A stretch of DNA of 64,000 nt from positions 11,912 through 75,911 of the forward strand of contig CDMY01000442.1 in assembly GCA_001179505.1 (NCBI GenBank), given 5' to 3'. The translations under genes and the position numbers were made by a program. The notes below the pieces were generated by a model that was not told where the DNA came from, ran no database searches, and saw only the letters and a list, made by a program, of their open reading frames with translations. Shown in pieces: positions 12,696 through 24,366 of this stretch. Each line of letters begins with the position of its first letter. Within the stretch, counting starts at the first letter, position 1. Source of the DNA: Vitrella brassicaformis CCMP3155 (lineage: Eukaryota; Protista; Chromerida).

Positions 12696-14662
12696 TTACA
12701 AAGGTGACGGCGGCAGTGAGGCCACGCCGCCGGTCTTCGGCACGGCAGCATCGGCGGCAGCACACACCGACGGGCTGGCCAGACGCAGAAACGCGTCAGT
12801 GTACTCCTGTTGGCACACACATAGATAGACACGCATAGCACCATCAGTGCGCGAATGTGTTTCGTGTTTGTTCTTGTCTGTCTGGTGTGCTCTTCTTGTG
12901 TACATTTGCTTGGTGTGTACAGGCAGAGGGCACGAAGGCAGAGGTTTCGCTGTCACCCGGGCCGCCCCAGTGGTCCTGCGAACGACGCAGACACATACGC
13001 AAGCGCATTGGCCCGTTGTGTTGTGGCAAAATGCATGGGAGCAAGTCCATTCGCTGACTCACGCGTGAGAATGGCTTGAGTGTGCGGGCTCGTTTGGACC
13101 CGACGGCCACCCCGGTGTGTTGGTGGACCTTGTAGGAGAGGGCAGATGCCAACGACGAACTTACCACACCATCCTCACGCACAGCATTCTCCTGCACGAC
13201 ACGACACACAGCTGGATGTCTGCCTGCAATGCAGGCCCGTGTCTGTGTCTGTTGTCAAGCGTCTCACCCGCTGGCGTTTGCGTGCATGACATCCCTCCTT
13301 GGATGGGCCCCACTCGGTTGGTGCGTCGTGCGATAATGACAGCAGCGAGGATGGCGTGTCAGGGGGGCACCCACTGCCGCCGTCACAGCCATCACCGTCC
13401 TCCGACACTGCACACACGCACAGAGGTGTCCACGTCTCCCTTGGACTTCACCCATCCATCCATCCATCCGTGTGACGTGTGTGCATGTGTGTGTGTGTGT
13501 GTGTGTTTGCTTTGTGCATTGCGTACACCATCGCTGCAGGAAAAGTATCTGAGGCAGCTTGACGAGACACTCGTTGCTCGCATGGTGCAACTCGAAGTGC
13601 AGCTGCCCACACGAACTGCCGTCGCCGAGGGAAGAGCTGTCCTTCATCCACACACAAACAAACAAAGATGACACACCCATGATCGACACAAAGAGAAAGA
13701 CAGAGAAATCAACACAAACAGACGAGTGCGCAGGTGTGACTGACTGACTGCGGTGGGAGTATGTCGGTGCTGTCCACTAGTTCCATGCACTGCGTCTGGT
13801 CTTCCGTGAGCGACAGCACCTCACTGTCGAGCAGGTTGGCGTCGCCGCCGTCCACAACGATGCGCTCCACCGCCTTGTAGGCCCTCACCGTCACACTCGA
13901 CATCCGCCACCTGCACACACACACGCACCGCCACCTCTTCTCTACCATGTTTCTCAGGGGCGGCCAGGTCGCTGACGTGTTTGCGTTGAGTCCGATGACC
14001 GTCCCATCGGTGCGGCTGCTCGACCGCACAAAGATCTGCAGCAGAGATGCGTCCGCACCCATCCATCCATCCATCCATCCATCCATCCAGTAATCAATCC
14101 ATCAGCCTCTCTACCGGTGCGAAACGGTGCAGCAACGTGACGCTCCCCATCGCTCCAACACACATCTCGCCACATAACTGCACCAGAGGAGACCACGGCA
14201 CATCTCATGGTGCAACGATGCCCCGCCCTCCCTGCTCTGCTCTGCTTTGCTTTGCTTTGCTTTGCTCTGCTCTGCTCTGCTTTGCCTCTCCCACCCGATG
14301 GTGCGTGAGTTGAGAACCCGTTTCGTCCTCGAAGCAACCCATAGACACCACCTCAACACACATTGGGCTCTCGCCGTGATTGTCAACCTTGACATGGAAC
14401 CGCTGGCCGGAGCGCAGCAAGACGATCACCTTCTCGTCCGATGAGTCCTCGACAGCCTCACACGACTCGTCCACGAGTCTGCAATTAATGCCACGGAGAG
14501 CGGGCGGAAACACAAACAGATGTGCTCATCGTCCATCGTGCTCGTTGGCGATTTTGGACGTGCTTACTTCGCCAGGGGGACGTCGCCTTTCTCATTGAGG
14601 AGAGTGGCGGAGAAACACTTACAGTGTGAAGTGCAAGGCACCCAATTCGACGACATCGGCAT
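12696..14662 (-). CDS. Hypothetical protein (multi-exon, no recognised domain)
   Basis: Chain of GT-AG exons in compatible phases (MPMSSNWVPC..|LVDESCEAV..|LCGEMC..|IFVRSSS..|WRMSSV..|SSLGDG..|..EYTDAFL..PSPL*). The 5' exons are uncertain. Confidence 0.5.
14229..14286. repeat. Pentanucleotide microsatellite (CTGCT/TTGCT)n in an intron
   Basis: ctgctctgctctgctttgctttgctttgctttgctctgctctgctctgctttgc. Confidence 0.85.
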
Positions 14663-14825
14663 CTTGTTTTGACCTTTTGTCCCTGGCCACCTGTAAACTC
14701 TGTGACAAGTGTGGCTGGGGAGGGATGAACAACCCAACGACGCCCCACTAGACAGACAGATTGGAGGCAGGCGTGCCGGGAGAGGAAGAGGCCCATAAGG
14801 TGTCAGTGCTGCTATCTGGGAGGCG

Positions 14826-16352
14826 ATGAATAACCCAACGACACCCCGGAAGACGCCACGGGCGAAGCCAGCGCGGCACACCAAAGGCGGCGCCCTTTCC
14901 TCATCACCGAATCCCAAGCGCCAGCAGCAGCAGCAGCCGCCAGCAGCCAAACCAGATCTGCCCAACCCCTTCGCGTCGACCCCGGCACCACCCGCTGGCG
15001 AGAGCCCTTCGTCGTATGATGACCCGTTCCCCCTCCTCCCCAGCCCATCGGGCGGATCCGGCCCGCTCCCCGTGCCGCCGTCGCTGTTCGCATCTGCTGC
15101 CACCCCTCGGAGCGGTCGGGGTGTGGAGGATCTCGAGCTGACGGTGCTGTCGTTCGCGCAATGGCTGTCGGACATGCAGTCGCGGTCCAACGCGTCCGTC
15201 CAGACAATGGCGGCAGAGATGAGCGCCATCAGCCATGGGCTGCAGGCCAACAGCCAGGAGCTGACGGAGCTGAAGCGGCAGACGGCGGTGGTGCAGCAGT
15301 CGTTGCAGAGCCAGATCACGGCGCTGCGCGACAGTTTGTGTGAGGGGTACAGCGAGATAGATAGGCTGGAGAAGGGCAAGTCGGTGTTCATGAAGGAGAT
15401 CAAGATGGAATACCAGAGCCTGCATGACCAGATGCAGTTCAAGACCGTCGAGGTCGACACCCTTCGCACCTCTTACCAGACCACACTGACCTCCTTCGAC
15501 GAACAAATCGACGGCCTCAAACAGGTAGGTACGGTACCAGCTGCCCCCCAACACCAGCCCCACAACCATCTGTCTGTTCTTTGTCTCTCTCTTTCTGTGG
15601 CCGTTCAGGGCGTTCATGATTACCGCCGTGCCTCCCAGGAGCTGCGCAAGGTGTCCCAGCTCAACCAGCAGGCCCAGGCGCAGACTCTGGCGGCCCTCCA
15701 GGCCACCGTCACCCGCGAAGCCGAGGTCTTCACGGGTTTCATCGCCGACCACGAAGAGACCTACACCGACCTCTCTGAGAGCATGGACTCCGCCAAGGCG
15801 AAGCTCACGGCGTTTAGAGAGGAGTTCGAGCAGTGGAAGGACGGCATGCAGGCCAGCCAGCGGGCGCTGCAGCAGGAGATATGGAGCAGGGAGAAGGACA
15901 AGGGGCGAGACCCGCTAGGGGAAGACCAGGAACAGTGCAAGGTGAGTGAGTGCAATGATCTACTGGTCGACGGTGCCTCTCATCCCCTCTGTGCATCATT
16001 CCTTCAGTTGTCGCCGCGCCCGTCGAAGCCGGAGGGTGCGAGTCTGAGGGAGATCGACACTTCCCCTCCGAGACGAGGCGACCATCCCGACATGCCCCAG
16101 GCCAGACGGGTGGTCATGCCGGCGAGCGGGGGTGGGGGTGGGGGCGGCATGCGGCTCTCCCTTCCCGCCGCAGCACCCAAGGCGACTGCCAGTGGGGCCC
16201 GGCAGGTGGCTGCATTGCTGTCGCCGCGGCTGGATGAGCGGGAGGGTCCGACTGTACCGCGGCCACATGGTCCGTATGTGCGTCCTCCTCCCCCTCCCCA
16301 TCCCCAGGGAGGGCCCCATCCCTTCTCGCCGTTCCCGCCTTACCCCTACTAG
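14826..16352 (+). CDS. Coiled-coil protein with Pro-rich termini
   Basis: 508-codon ORF containing two apparent in-frame introns (GTAGGT at about 15524 and GTGAGT at about 15942); long heptad-like region (ELTELKRQTAVVQQSLQSQITALRD..); TAG at 16350-16352. Confidence 0.7.
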   Translation: MNNPTTPRKTPRAKPARHTKGGALSSSPNPKRQQQQQPPAAKPDLPNPFASTPAPPAGESPSSYDDPFPLLPSPSGGSGPLPVPPSLFASAATPRSGRGVEDLELTVLSFAQWLSDMQSRSNASVQTMAAEMSAISHGLQANSQELTELKRQTAVVQQSLQSQITALRDSLCEGYSEIDRLEKGKSVFMKEIKMEYQSLHDQMQFKTVEVDTLRTSYQTTLTSFDEQIDGLKQVGTVPAAPQHQPHNHLSVLCLSLSVAVQGVHDYRRASQELRKVSQLNQQAQAQTLAALQATVTREAEVFTGFIADHEETYTDLSESMDSAKAKLTAFREEFEQWKDGMQASQRALQQEIWSREKDKGRDPLGEDQEQCKVSECNDLLVDGASHPLCASFLQLSPRPSKPEGASLREIDTSPPRRGDHPDMPQARRVVMPASGGGGGGGMRLSLPAAAPKATASGARQVAALLSPRLDEREGPTVPRPHGPYVRPPPPPHPQGGPHPFSPFPPYPY

Positions 16353-16708
16353 ACAGACAGACAGACAGATAGCCTGACGAACCTAGATGTAGGTGGGTAG
16401 CGACGGAGGAGCCTGGGGGGCGGATGGATGGATGGATAGGTGTGTGTGTACGTAGCTGTGTCAGAGGGGGATTGCTTCAGATGTGGCTGGCTGCCTGGTT
16501 GGGTGCCTGCATGTGTGATTGAATGCGCGTGTCAATGAATGGACGCTCGGGTGTCTGTCGGATACATGCATTTCACTGTATTATTGAGCCCATTCAATCG
16601 TCACTGATAATATCGTCAATGGGATCCATACGGACGGACGCACAGGCATGCAACAAATCCCCACACAAACACAAACAAACACGTACGCAGTGCCTTCAGA
16701 GTTGGTTT

Positions 16709-16835
16709 CTATCTGAGGTCCTTGAGCGACATGTTGGTGTCTCGCTGCACGGCTGCAGTGAGGAAGTCCCTCTTGTCGACCTGGTTCTTGTTCTTCCACT
16801 CGAAGTAAGGCAAACTCACCACCTACACACACGCA

Positions 16836-16870
<35 letters not shown>

Positions 16871-18602
16871 CATCCTCCCTCTCCTGTGTGTGTCTTAAGT
16901 ATTCGTTTGCCTACCTTCCACCCGGCGGCCTCGAGTATGCGTCTCCTCAGGCGTGACTTGAGCGTGAAGCGCCGCGACAACACATAAAAGTGCGTGAAGC
17001 CATCCACCTCCAGGACAACCTACAACCACACACGCAGGCAACGCATAGCATATGTGGGCGAGGCGAGTGCCGTCGATGTCAAATAAAGGAATAGCTCACC
17101 ATTTCGTCAGGTACGGCGAAGTCGACCACATAGGGGTAGATGGGCATCTCCTTCTTGTAGCGCACCTGCAGGTCGTCCAGCAGGCGCTCCACACGCACCT
17201 GCATCGTCGACGGAGTGGGGCTGTTGCCCAGCCCCACACCCTTCACGTCACACAGCAGCTTCGACACCTCTGCCGGCAAACCCCGCTCGCCGATTGCTGC
17301 ACCGAGGGCCGTGGCGCAGTACTGAATGCACGCATCGATGATGTGTAGCTGTCGCACACACACGCGCAGAGCACAGCACAGCACACTAGAGGGGTGGAGG
17401 ACTCACGTGTGGACTCTACACCTGTCTTATTTCAGGCAGCACAAGCTCCGATTGCCTCTTAACGATCTCCTTCATGAGCCGCAGAAAGAGCGACACGCTC
17501 ACGTCGGTCCGCTCGCCATCGTCAGCAGGCAGGACGCCGCGCTCATCACATGCCAACGGGGGGTCCAGCACGTCAAGACTCATCTACACACCAACACACA
17601 CACACACACACACACACAGAGGGGCGAACATGCAGACAGACACCCACAGCTGTGACAGGCTGACCAGTGCAAAAGTGCAGTTGACGAGGCTCTGCAGCGG
17701 CAGATGGGCGATGTGCTTGGGTATCTCGCGAAACAGCAGCACACCCAACAGCCAGTGACCATAGTCCAGCTTGAGCAGCGCAAACACCACCGCAGATATC
17801 ATGGAGGGATCCACCACGCGGGGCCCTCCAATGCCAATGCCCCCCTCAGTCACTTTCTGGCCCATCGTGTCAGCCAGCAGGTCGAGCGCCAGGTGGTCCC
17901 TGAGATCGATGCGTCCGTATGCCGTCACGACGAGCGCCAGCTCGAAGACATTGTAGAGGTGCACCGACCGCCGGATGGTCTCTGTGAAGGCCATCAGTGT
18001 GGAGTCGTCGAGGAACTGGAGCTTGCCCAGGTCGGACAGGAGGCCGCTGATCTGACGGGGCGTCAGGGAGTGCTGCTTCGAGATGGCCTGCTGACACAGC
18101 TTGGTCAGTAAGCTGTGCTGCACCCACCCACCCACCCACCCATCCACACACACACACACACACACACACAGTGAGTCTGTCTGTCTGCCCGTCGTCCCTC
18201 ACTGACCTTCTTGAAGGCCACCCTCGCACAGGCGTGGACGACAACACACACCTGCTCGGCCGTGAAGCTCCTGGCCATGGGCAAGGCCATCTCGGTGAAC
18301 TGGTTCCACATGTGCCTGTCCGTCATCTTGGACCGCGACGCCTGGTCCAGCAGAAACGCCATCTGACCGGGTTCGAGGCTCATCGCATCCCCATCAGACG
18401 AGAGGCCCAGCCCGGATGATACTGATAGTTGCGCCTCGGGGCGCGGGCGTGTGTAGAGGGCATCTGCATTGAGGTGCCGGACGGGAATGCGATGACGGCA
18501 TGGCGGGAGGGCGTGCTCGACGCCATGCTCGGATGGGATGATGATGATGTGAGTTGGTCTTCGTCTGATGCCTCGGCTGGAGATCTGCGCGTTCCGAAGC
18601 AT
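16709..18602 (-). CDS. RAP-domain protein with helical repeats; probable mitochondrial RNA-processing factor
   Basis: Arg/Ser-rich N-terminus (MLRNAQISSRGIRRR), helical repeats (LTPRQISGLLSDLGKL; YNVFELALVVTAYGRI), C-terminal RAP signature VDFAVP..VVLEVDGFTHF..LRRRILEAAGWKVVSLPYFEW; TAG at 16709-16711. Confidence 0.85.
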
Positions 18603-18824
18603 AACACAGGGAGGGGAAGAAGAGGCCTCGCGCAGTGCGGCAGAGCAAGACTAGAGAGAGACTGGAAGCGTGCGGACGTGCGCGCTTGAAGTTGGCAAGC
18701 TTGTGAAAAACAAGATCTGCCATCCTCGCGGTTTCCTTGGCTGCCAAATTGCGATTCTGAGGCCCGCAGGTGTGTTGGTGTTGCTGCTGTTGAGATCCAG
18801 GCAGCCCGCCCGCGTGATTGAGTG

Positions 18825-21286
18825 ATGGATTCTGACGAGGAGTTTCAGTTTGAGAGTGACGATGACGGGTGGGGCGACCAGCAGGAGGAGGACGAGGAGA
18901 CCATCAAAATCGAAAACACATTCTACGAAGCCGACGACAACAAACGACACGACCCACAGAAGGTAAGGTACACACGCACACACGTACCCTATGGCATGGC
19001 AGCTGGCCACACTGCACACAAGAGATTGATTGCAACACAACACGACAGGACAGGCAGAAGCAAATGCAACAGATTCATGTGTGTGTGGACGTGTGTGTGG
19101 TGTGCATGTGCTGTGCGCGTGTGTGTGCTGTGTGCAGGCGCTGTCGCAGTTTTATGAGGTGGTGAGTGCGGAGAAGGCCCGTGGCGATGAGATCAACTAC
19201 CGATTCAAAGCCCTACAGAACATCGTCATCCTCTGCTGCAGACTCGGTGACGTACCCTGGCACGCACCACCACGACACACACGACACACACGTCCATTCC
19301 GTGCATTCCGTCGGTCCCTACTTACTCCACCAGGTCGTCTGGACGAGATGGCCCAGCAGTACCAGGAGCTGCTGGCCCTGATGGACAAGGTCACCCGCAA
19401 CGACGCATCCGACGCTATCAACACCATCCTCGACTCCGTCTCGGGATCGGGCGCATCGGCGTCCGGCGGCGCGGCCGGCAGCGGTGACCTCAGCAAACTG
19501 GAGCGGGTCTACGCACTCACACTCACAAGGCTCAAACAGAACACCAGCAACCAGGTCAGCTGGGCTGGGCGGGGCGAACCAACCTACCGACAGATGAGAT
19601 GAATGAATGACACACAGGGGATGGATGGGTATGTGCCGTGTCTGTGCAGCGTTTGTGGTTCAACACGAGCGTCAAGTTGGCCAAGCTGTACCTGGACACG
19701 CAGGAGTTCGGCAAGCTGCAGACACTCATCCGCGACCTGCACAAGTCGTGCACCACACCTGACGGAGCCGACGACACATCAAAGGGATCCGCACTGCTGG
19801 AGGTACACACACACACACACTGCACACACACACTAAACACCTGGATGTGTGTGTGTGTGTGTGTGTGTTGTCCGTGTCGCGTAGATCTATGCGTTGGAGA
19901 TTCAGCTGTGCACTGTGACCAAGAATTCGCTGCGCATGAAGGAGATCTACCCCAAGACCATCAACCTCACCTCGGCCATCGCTGACCCCCGAAATGTCGC
20001 TGTCATCCGAGAGAGCGGCGGAAAGGTCAGCTCAGCCTTCAGCCTGCCCCCCAGGGACACTCACACTCACGCACATTCATGAGCTGTGTGTGTAGCCATT
20101 GGCTGAATGTGTGTGTGTGTGTGCAGATGTATATGAGTGAGAAGAAGTGGCAGAGCGCCTACAACGAGTTCTTCGAGGCCTTCAAAAACTATCAGGAGAC
20201 CGGCAGCGGACGGTAGGGAGGCCATCCATGTCTGTCATTCATGTCAGGCATGCTCTTCTTCAGGGGCGAGACAGCGTGATGGACACACACGTGTGTGTGT
20301 GTTGTGTGCGTGTGTGTGTGTGTGTGATATCAGTGCTCGGATCATGCTCAAGTACGTGGTGTTGGCCAACATGCTGGCCTGCATGGACATCAACCCATTC
20401 GACTCGCGAGAGGCAAAAGTCTACCAGGTACCATGACATCAACACAACAAACGCATGGCACACAACACACACACACAACCAACTCGAACCAACACACACA
20501 GGAGGACCCCGAGATCAAGGCCATGTCGGAGCTGCGTCAGGCTTTCGACAACAACGATGTTTCCACCATTGACAAGGTAGGTCAGCCAGCCAACCACGCC
20601 CTCCCTCCCTCCCTCCATCCATCCATCGTGTGTTGTGTTGGTTGATGTGTGGTGTGCAGCTGCTGACCAGTTCCCGAGCGGGCATACTGCGCGACCCCCT
20701 CATCAAAGAGTACCTCGAGGACCTGCTGCGCAACATCCGGTGGGTGCGTCAGTCACTCGTCCACGAAGTGGACACAGAGGTGTGTGTGATGTTTCAGGCT
20801 GCAAGTGCTGAAGAAGTTGGTGGCCCCCTACCGCACCGCAGGCATCGACTACCTCTCCAAGGTACGCACACCAAACACGACACACGACACACGACAGACA
20901 GACAGCGTCTGCTCTGTGTGTGTGTTCTGGTGTCGCTCACGTTGCTCCTGCAGGAGTTGAATGTGCCGAAGGACGAGGTGATATCTCTGCTGGTGCAGCT
21001 CATCCTCGACGAGAAGATCAATGGAGGAATCGACGCCACCGGAGGATACCTACAGGCAGGCACACCCATCACCTAACCCATCCTCCCCTCTCACACGTGA
21101 TGTGCAGTGCAGTGCACCGGTGCTTTGGCGTGTTGTGTTGTGTGTGTGTCTCTGTTTCTTTAGATGTACACGGAGTCGTCGTCGAATCACATGCGCTACA
21201 GCAAGTGCAAGCAGTGGGTGGAGACCCTCCAAAAGATCAACAACTCACTCAACTCGAGACTCACCAACATGGCAGGCGCACGATAG
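18825..21286 (+). CDS. CSN2: COP9 signalosome subunit 2 (PCI domain)
   Basis: Acidic N-terminus then IENTFYEA, FKALQNIV, LWFNTSVKLAKLYL, LLEIYALEIQ, VIRESGGKMYM, FFEAFKNYQETG, LKYVVLANML..INPFDSREAKVY are all CSN2-typical; TAG at 21284-21286. Confidence 0.95.
19803..19884 (+). repeat. Intronic (AC)n...(GT)n inverted microsatellite pair (representative of many introns)
   Basis: gtacacacacacacacactgcacacacacac...gtgtgtgtgtgtgtgtgtgtgt..gcgtag. Confidence 0.9.
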
Positions 21287-21962
21287 ATGAGATGGACACA
21301 CACACACACACACACACACACCGAGAGGGAGGGAGGGAGGGAGGGCTGCTGTAGTGGGTGGGGGCATCCCTCTGTGCTCGGATCAAGCAGCAGCAGCGGA
21401 AGACAGGACATCTGTGCATTGGCCCGTTGGTTCGTTGGTTCATTGACGTGAGTGACCGTCCTTACTTGACGATCACTTACATACTTGACAAACAATGGTG
21501 GTGGGGTAGTGTTACATGAGTACTGAAGAATAATGGAGAAGGTGTCCGTCGGACAGGGAGTGCTCGTGTGTGCGTGTGGCGTTTCTGTGCGTTGCAGCAG
21601 TGAGTGCGTGAGTGAGGTAGCTACGTGCTCTGCCTGCCTGCCTGCCTGCCTGCATGCATGACAAGATTTATCCACTTATCAGACTGAGTCATTGAATTTG
21701 ACATTCATCGTGTGACATCCATCCTCGTGTGTGTGTGTGTGTCATCGCCAACACAGACACACACACCACAATAATCCCACCGCTTGTCGGTCGTCTGTCT
21801 GTCTGTCTGTCTTTCCACACACATAACATAGACCGACCAGCAGACAGACATCCACCCACTAGCTGTACAGGACACCCACCCGTTCTACGTAACAAGGTCG
21901 GTCACATAAATCCCTCCATCCCTCCATCTTGTGTCCCCCACCCTGGCCACCCACTCAATCAC

Positions 21963-24212
21963 TCACCCATCTTCCATCTCATCTGCCCGACCATTGCCCC
22001 CGTAGCCGCTGCCTGATGACGGCGGCTGCTGCTGCTGCTGGTCCCCTTGCCCCTCCTTGACCTCTCCTCGGTCACCTGTCTGAGTGTCCGTCATGCAGGC
22101 GCCCACCAGCATGCGGCTGAAGAAGTCCTTCTGGCGCGACTCCGCCTCGCGCAAACGACGCTTGCACTGCATGGCATGAGATGGATGGCATGCAGTGCAG
22201 TACACACGACATGTGAGAGTGCCACTGTGTGTCTGTGAGTACGTTCTCCAGTTCGCGGCGGATCTCAGCGTTCTGCGGCTCCAGCTTGGCAGCCTGCGAA
22301 CGGGAATTGGGTGCGACATGGGTTGTCGTTCGTCTGTCTAAGTCGTGTGGTGTGGTGTGGTGTGGTGTGGTGGCTGACTGCGTACCTACCTCGAGCAGGT
22401 CCCTCCTGCCCTCCTCGATCGCGCCAAACTCAGTGTTGGCGCGGCCGCGGCGAAACAAGGCCTTGGCGCACCGCTGACCGATAGATAGGTTTGGCCATAG
22501 GTGGACTGACTGATGGCTATGTATGGGAGGTGTGTGGGTGGTGTGGGGGGGGGGGGGGGGNNNNNNNNNNNNNNNNNNNNNNNNNNNNNNNNNNNNNNNN
22601 NNNNNNNNNNNNNNNNNNNNNNNNNNNNNNNNNNNNNNNNNNNNNNNNNNNNNNNNNNNNNNNNNNNNNNNNNNNNNNNNNNNNNNNNNNNNNNNNNNNN
22701 NNNNNNNNNNNNNNNNNNNNNNNNNNNNNNNNNNNNNNNNNNNNNNNNNNNNNNNNNNNNNNNNNNNNNNNNNNNNNNNNNNNNNNNNNNNNNNNNNNNN
22801 NNNNNNNNNNNNNNNNNNNNNNNNNNNNNNNNNNNNNNNNNNNNNNNNNNNNNNNNNNNNGGTCCGTGCAGGTTGAGGTGCCTCCCTTGCTCACTTACCG
22901 GGTCGAGTTTGAGTACTTCGCTGCAGTGGAGGATTGTTGACACCCAATTGCCTTGGCGCAGATACAAACTGACACACACACACACACACACACACACACC
23001 GCATGCGCGAATGCGTATTTGAGGTGCGTATTTGTGTGTGTGTGATGTGTGTGTGTGATGCCCACCCACTTGGACAGGTTGAGGTTGATGGAGACCTTCA
23101 TGGTCTTGACCCGATCGGCAAGCTCCGTCGGCGGCTCATCCAGGCCATCGAAATACTCCAACGCCTTACACACACACACACACACACAGCTGCCGCTGCC
23201 GTGAGAGAGCCCCCCATCCATCTATCCATCGCTGCACCCCCATGGTCGGCTGACGCAGCTTCCCCCCCAGCAGTCACCCACCTGTTTCCTACCTTACCAG
23301 GTTATAGTGTTTGTGGGCGTCTTGCAGGTTTCCCTGTACGAGCAAGTGGTTGCCCTGCTCCTTGGCGTCCATGGCCGCCTGCAGCCGCTCCTCGACAGAC
23401 ATGCTCGACGGCGACCGGGGCTTGGCCGCTATCGACACCAGCTCCACCTCATACTGCAGTCAGTGCATGCACACAAGACACGAAGGCAGCACAGCATAAA
23501 CAGACAAGACAACACACGCACAATGAATGGCCTGCGATGCGGTGCGATCGATGTGTCGCGAGCGATAGTGCGTGCGTGCGTGTGCCCATGCCATCATGGG
23601 GTTGGTTGGCTGGGTGACCTTAATTACCTTGATGGGTGTGTTGGGTGGAATGGCACCGCCTGGTGAGCCAGCGTCGCCATAGGCCAAGTCGGGAGGAACC
23701 GACTAGGCAAACAAGACAAACAAGAGGGAGGACACACGCACACGCACGTTGTTGGCCTACATGTTTGGGTGTGGTGTGTGCGTGTGAGTGCCCTTAGTAT
23801 CGGCTGGCTCTATCCAACTGACCACAGAGCACTTTTCCCCGGCCTGCATGGACGTGACGCATTGTTCGAGACCAGGGATGACCGCCGCGCTGTTGACCGT
23901 GTACACCAATGGACAGCCCCTCTCACCTGCACAATCAGCCACACACACACACACACACGCACACGCACAGCAGAAGTAAGTGCACTTCGTATGAGCTGCC
24001 TGCCTGCCAGCCGTACGTGTGGAGTCGACTTTCTCTCCGGTGTCGAGGTAGCAGTCGTAGTGCACCTCAACCTCATCGCCGCCTTCAGGACTGACTCAGA
24101 CACACAACATAGCACACACAAAGATCAAATGAGTCATCCTGCATGTGTGATCTTGTCATTTTCACTTGGGGCCCTCGCCAGGCACAATGACCGTCTTACT
24201 CTCCAACGTCAT
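21963..24212 (-). CDS. FKBP-type peptidyl-prolyl isomerase with TPR domain (FKBP35/FKBP4-like immunophilin)
   Basis: FKBP motifs DEVEVHY..VDST, VIPGLEQ..MQAGEK, PDLAYG..IPPNT..YEVEL; TPR motifs AKEQGN..HYN and KALFRRGRA..DL..AAKLEPQNAEIRREL. The intron spanning the N gap is phase-consistent. Confidence 0.9.
22561..22860. other. Assembly gap (300 N) inside an FKBP-TPR intron
   Basis: Run of N preceded by a poly-G tract. Confidence 0.99.
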
Positions 24213-24366
24213 CTGCACCAAAGCTAAGCTTGCAGACCTACCTCAAGCTCGCAGAGTGGCCTCGGCAGAATTGCGTGGTCTAAGGAGGCGGCAGACGACC
24301 CACACCACCCAGCCGGACACCTGCTCCCGAGATCTATTCATCGCCCCTGCTGCAGTGCACTCACTC
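24213..24366. promoter_or_regulatory. Putative bidirectional promoter (FKBP-TPR / aspartate aminotransferase); representative of eight such gaps
   Basis: 154 bp between divergent ATGs and free of microsatellites. Promoter function is inferred from position only. Confidence 0.6.
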
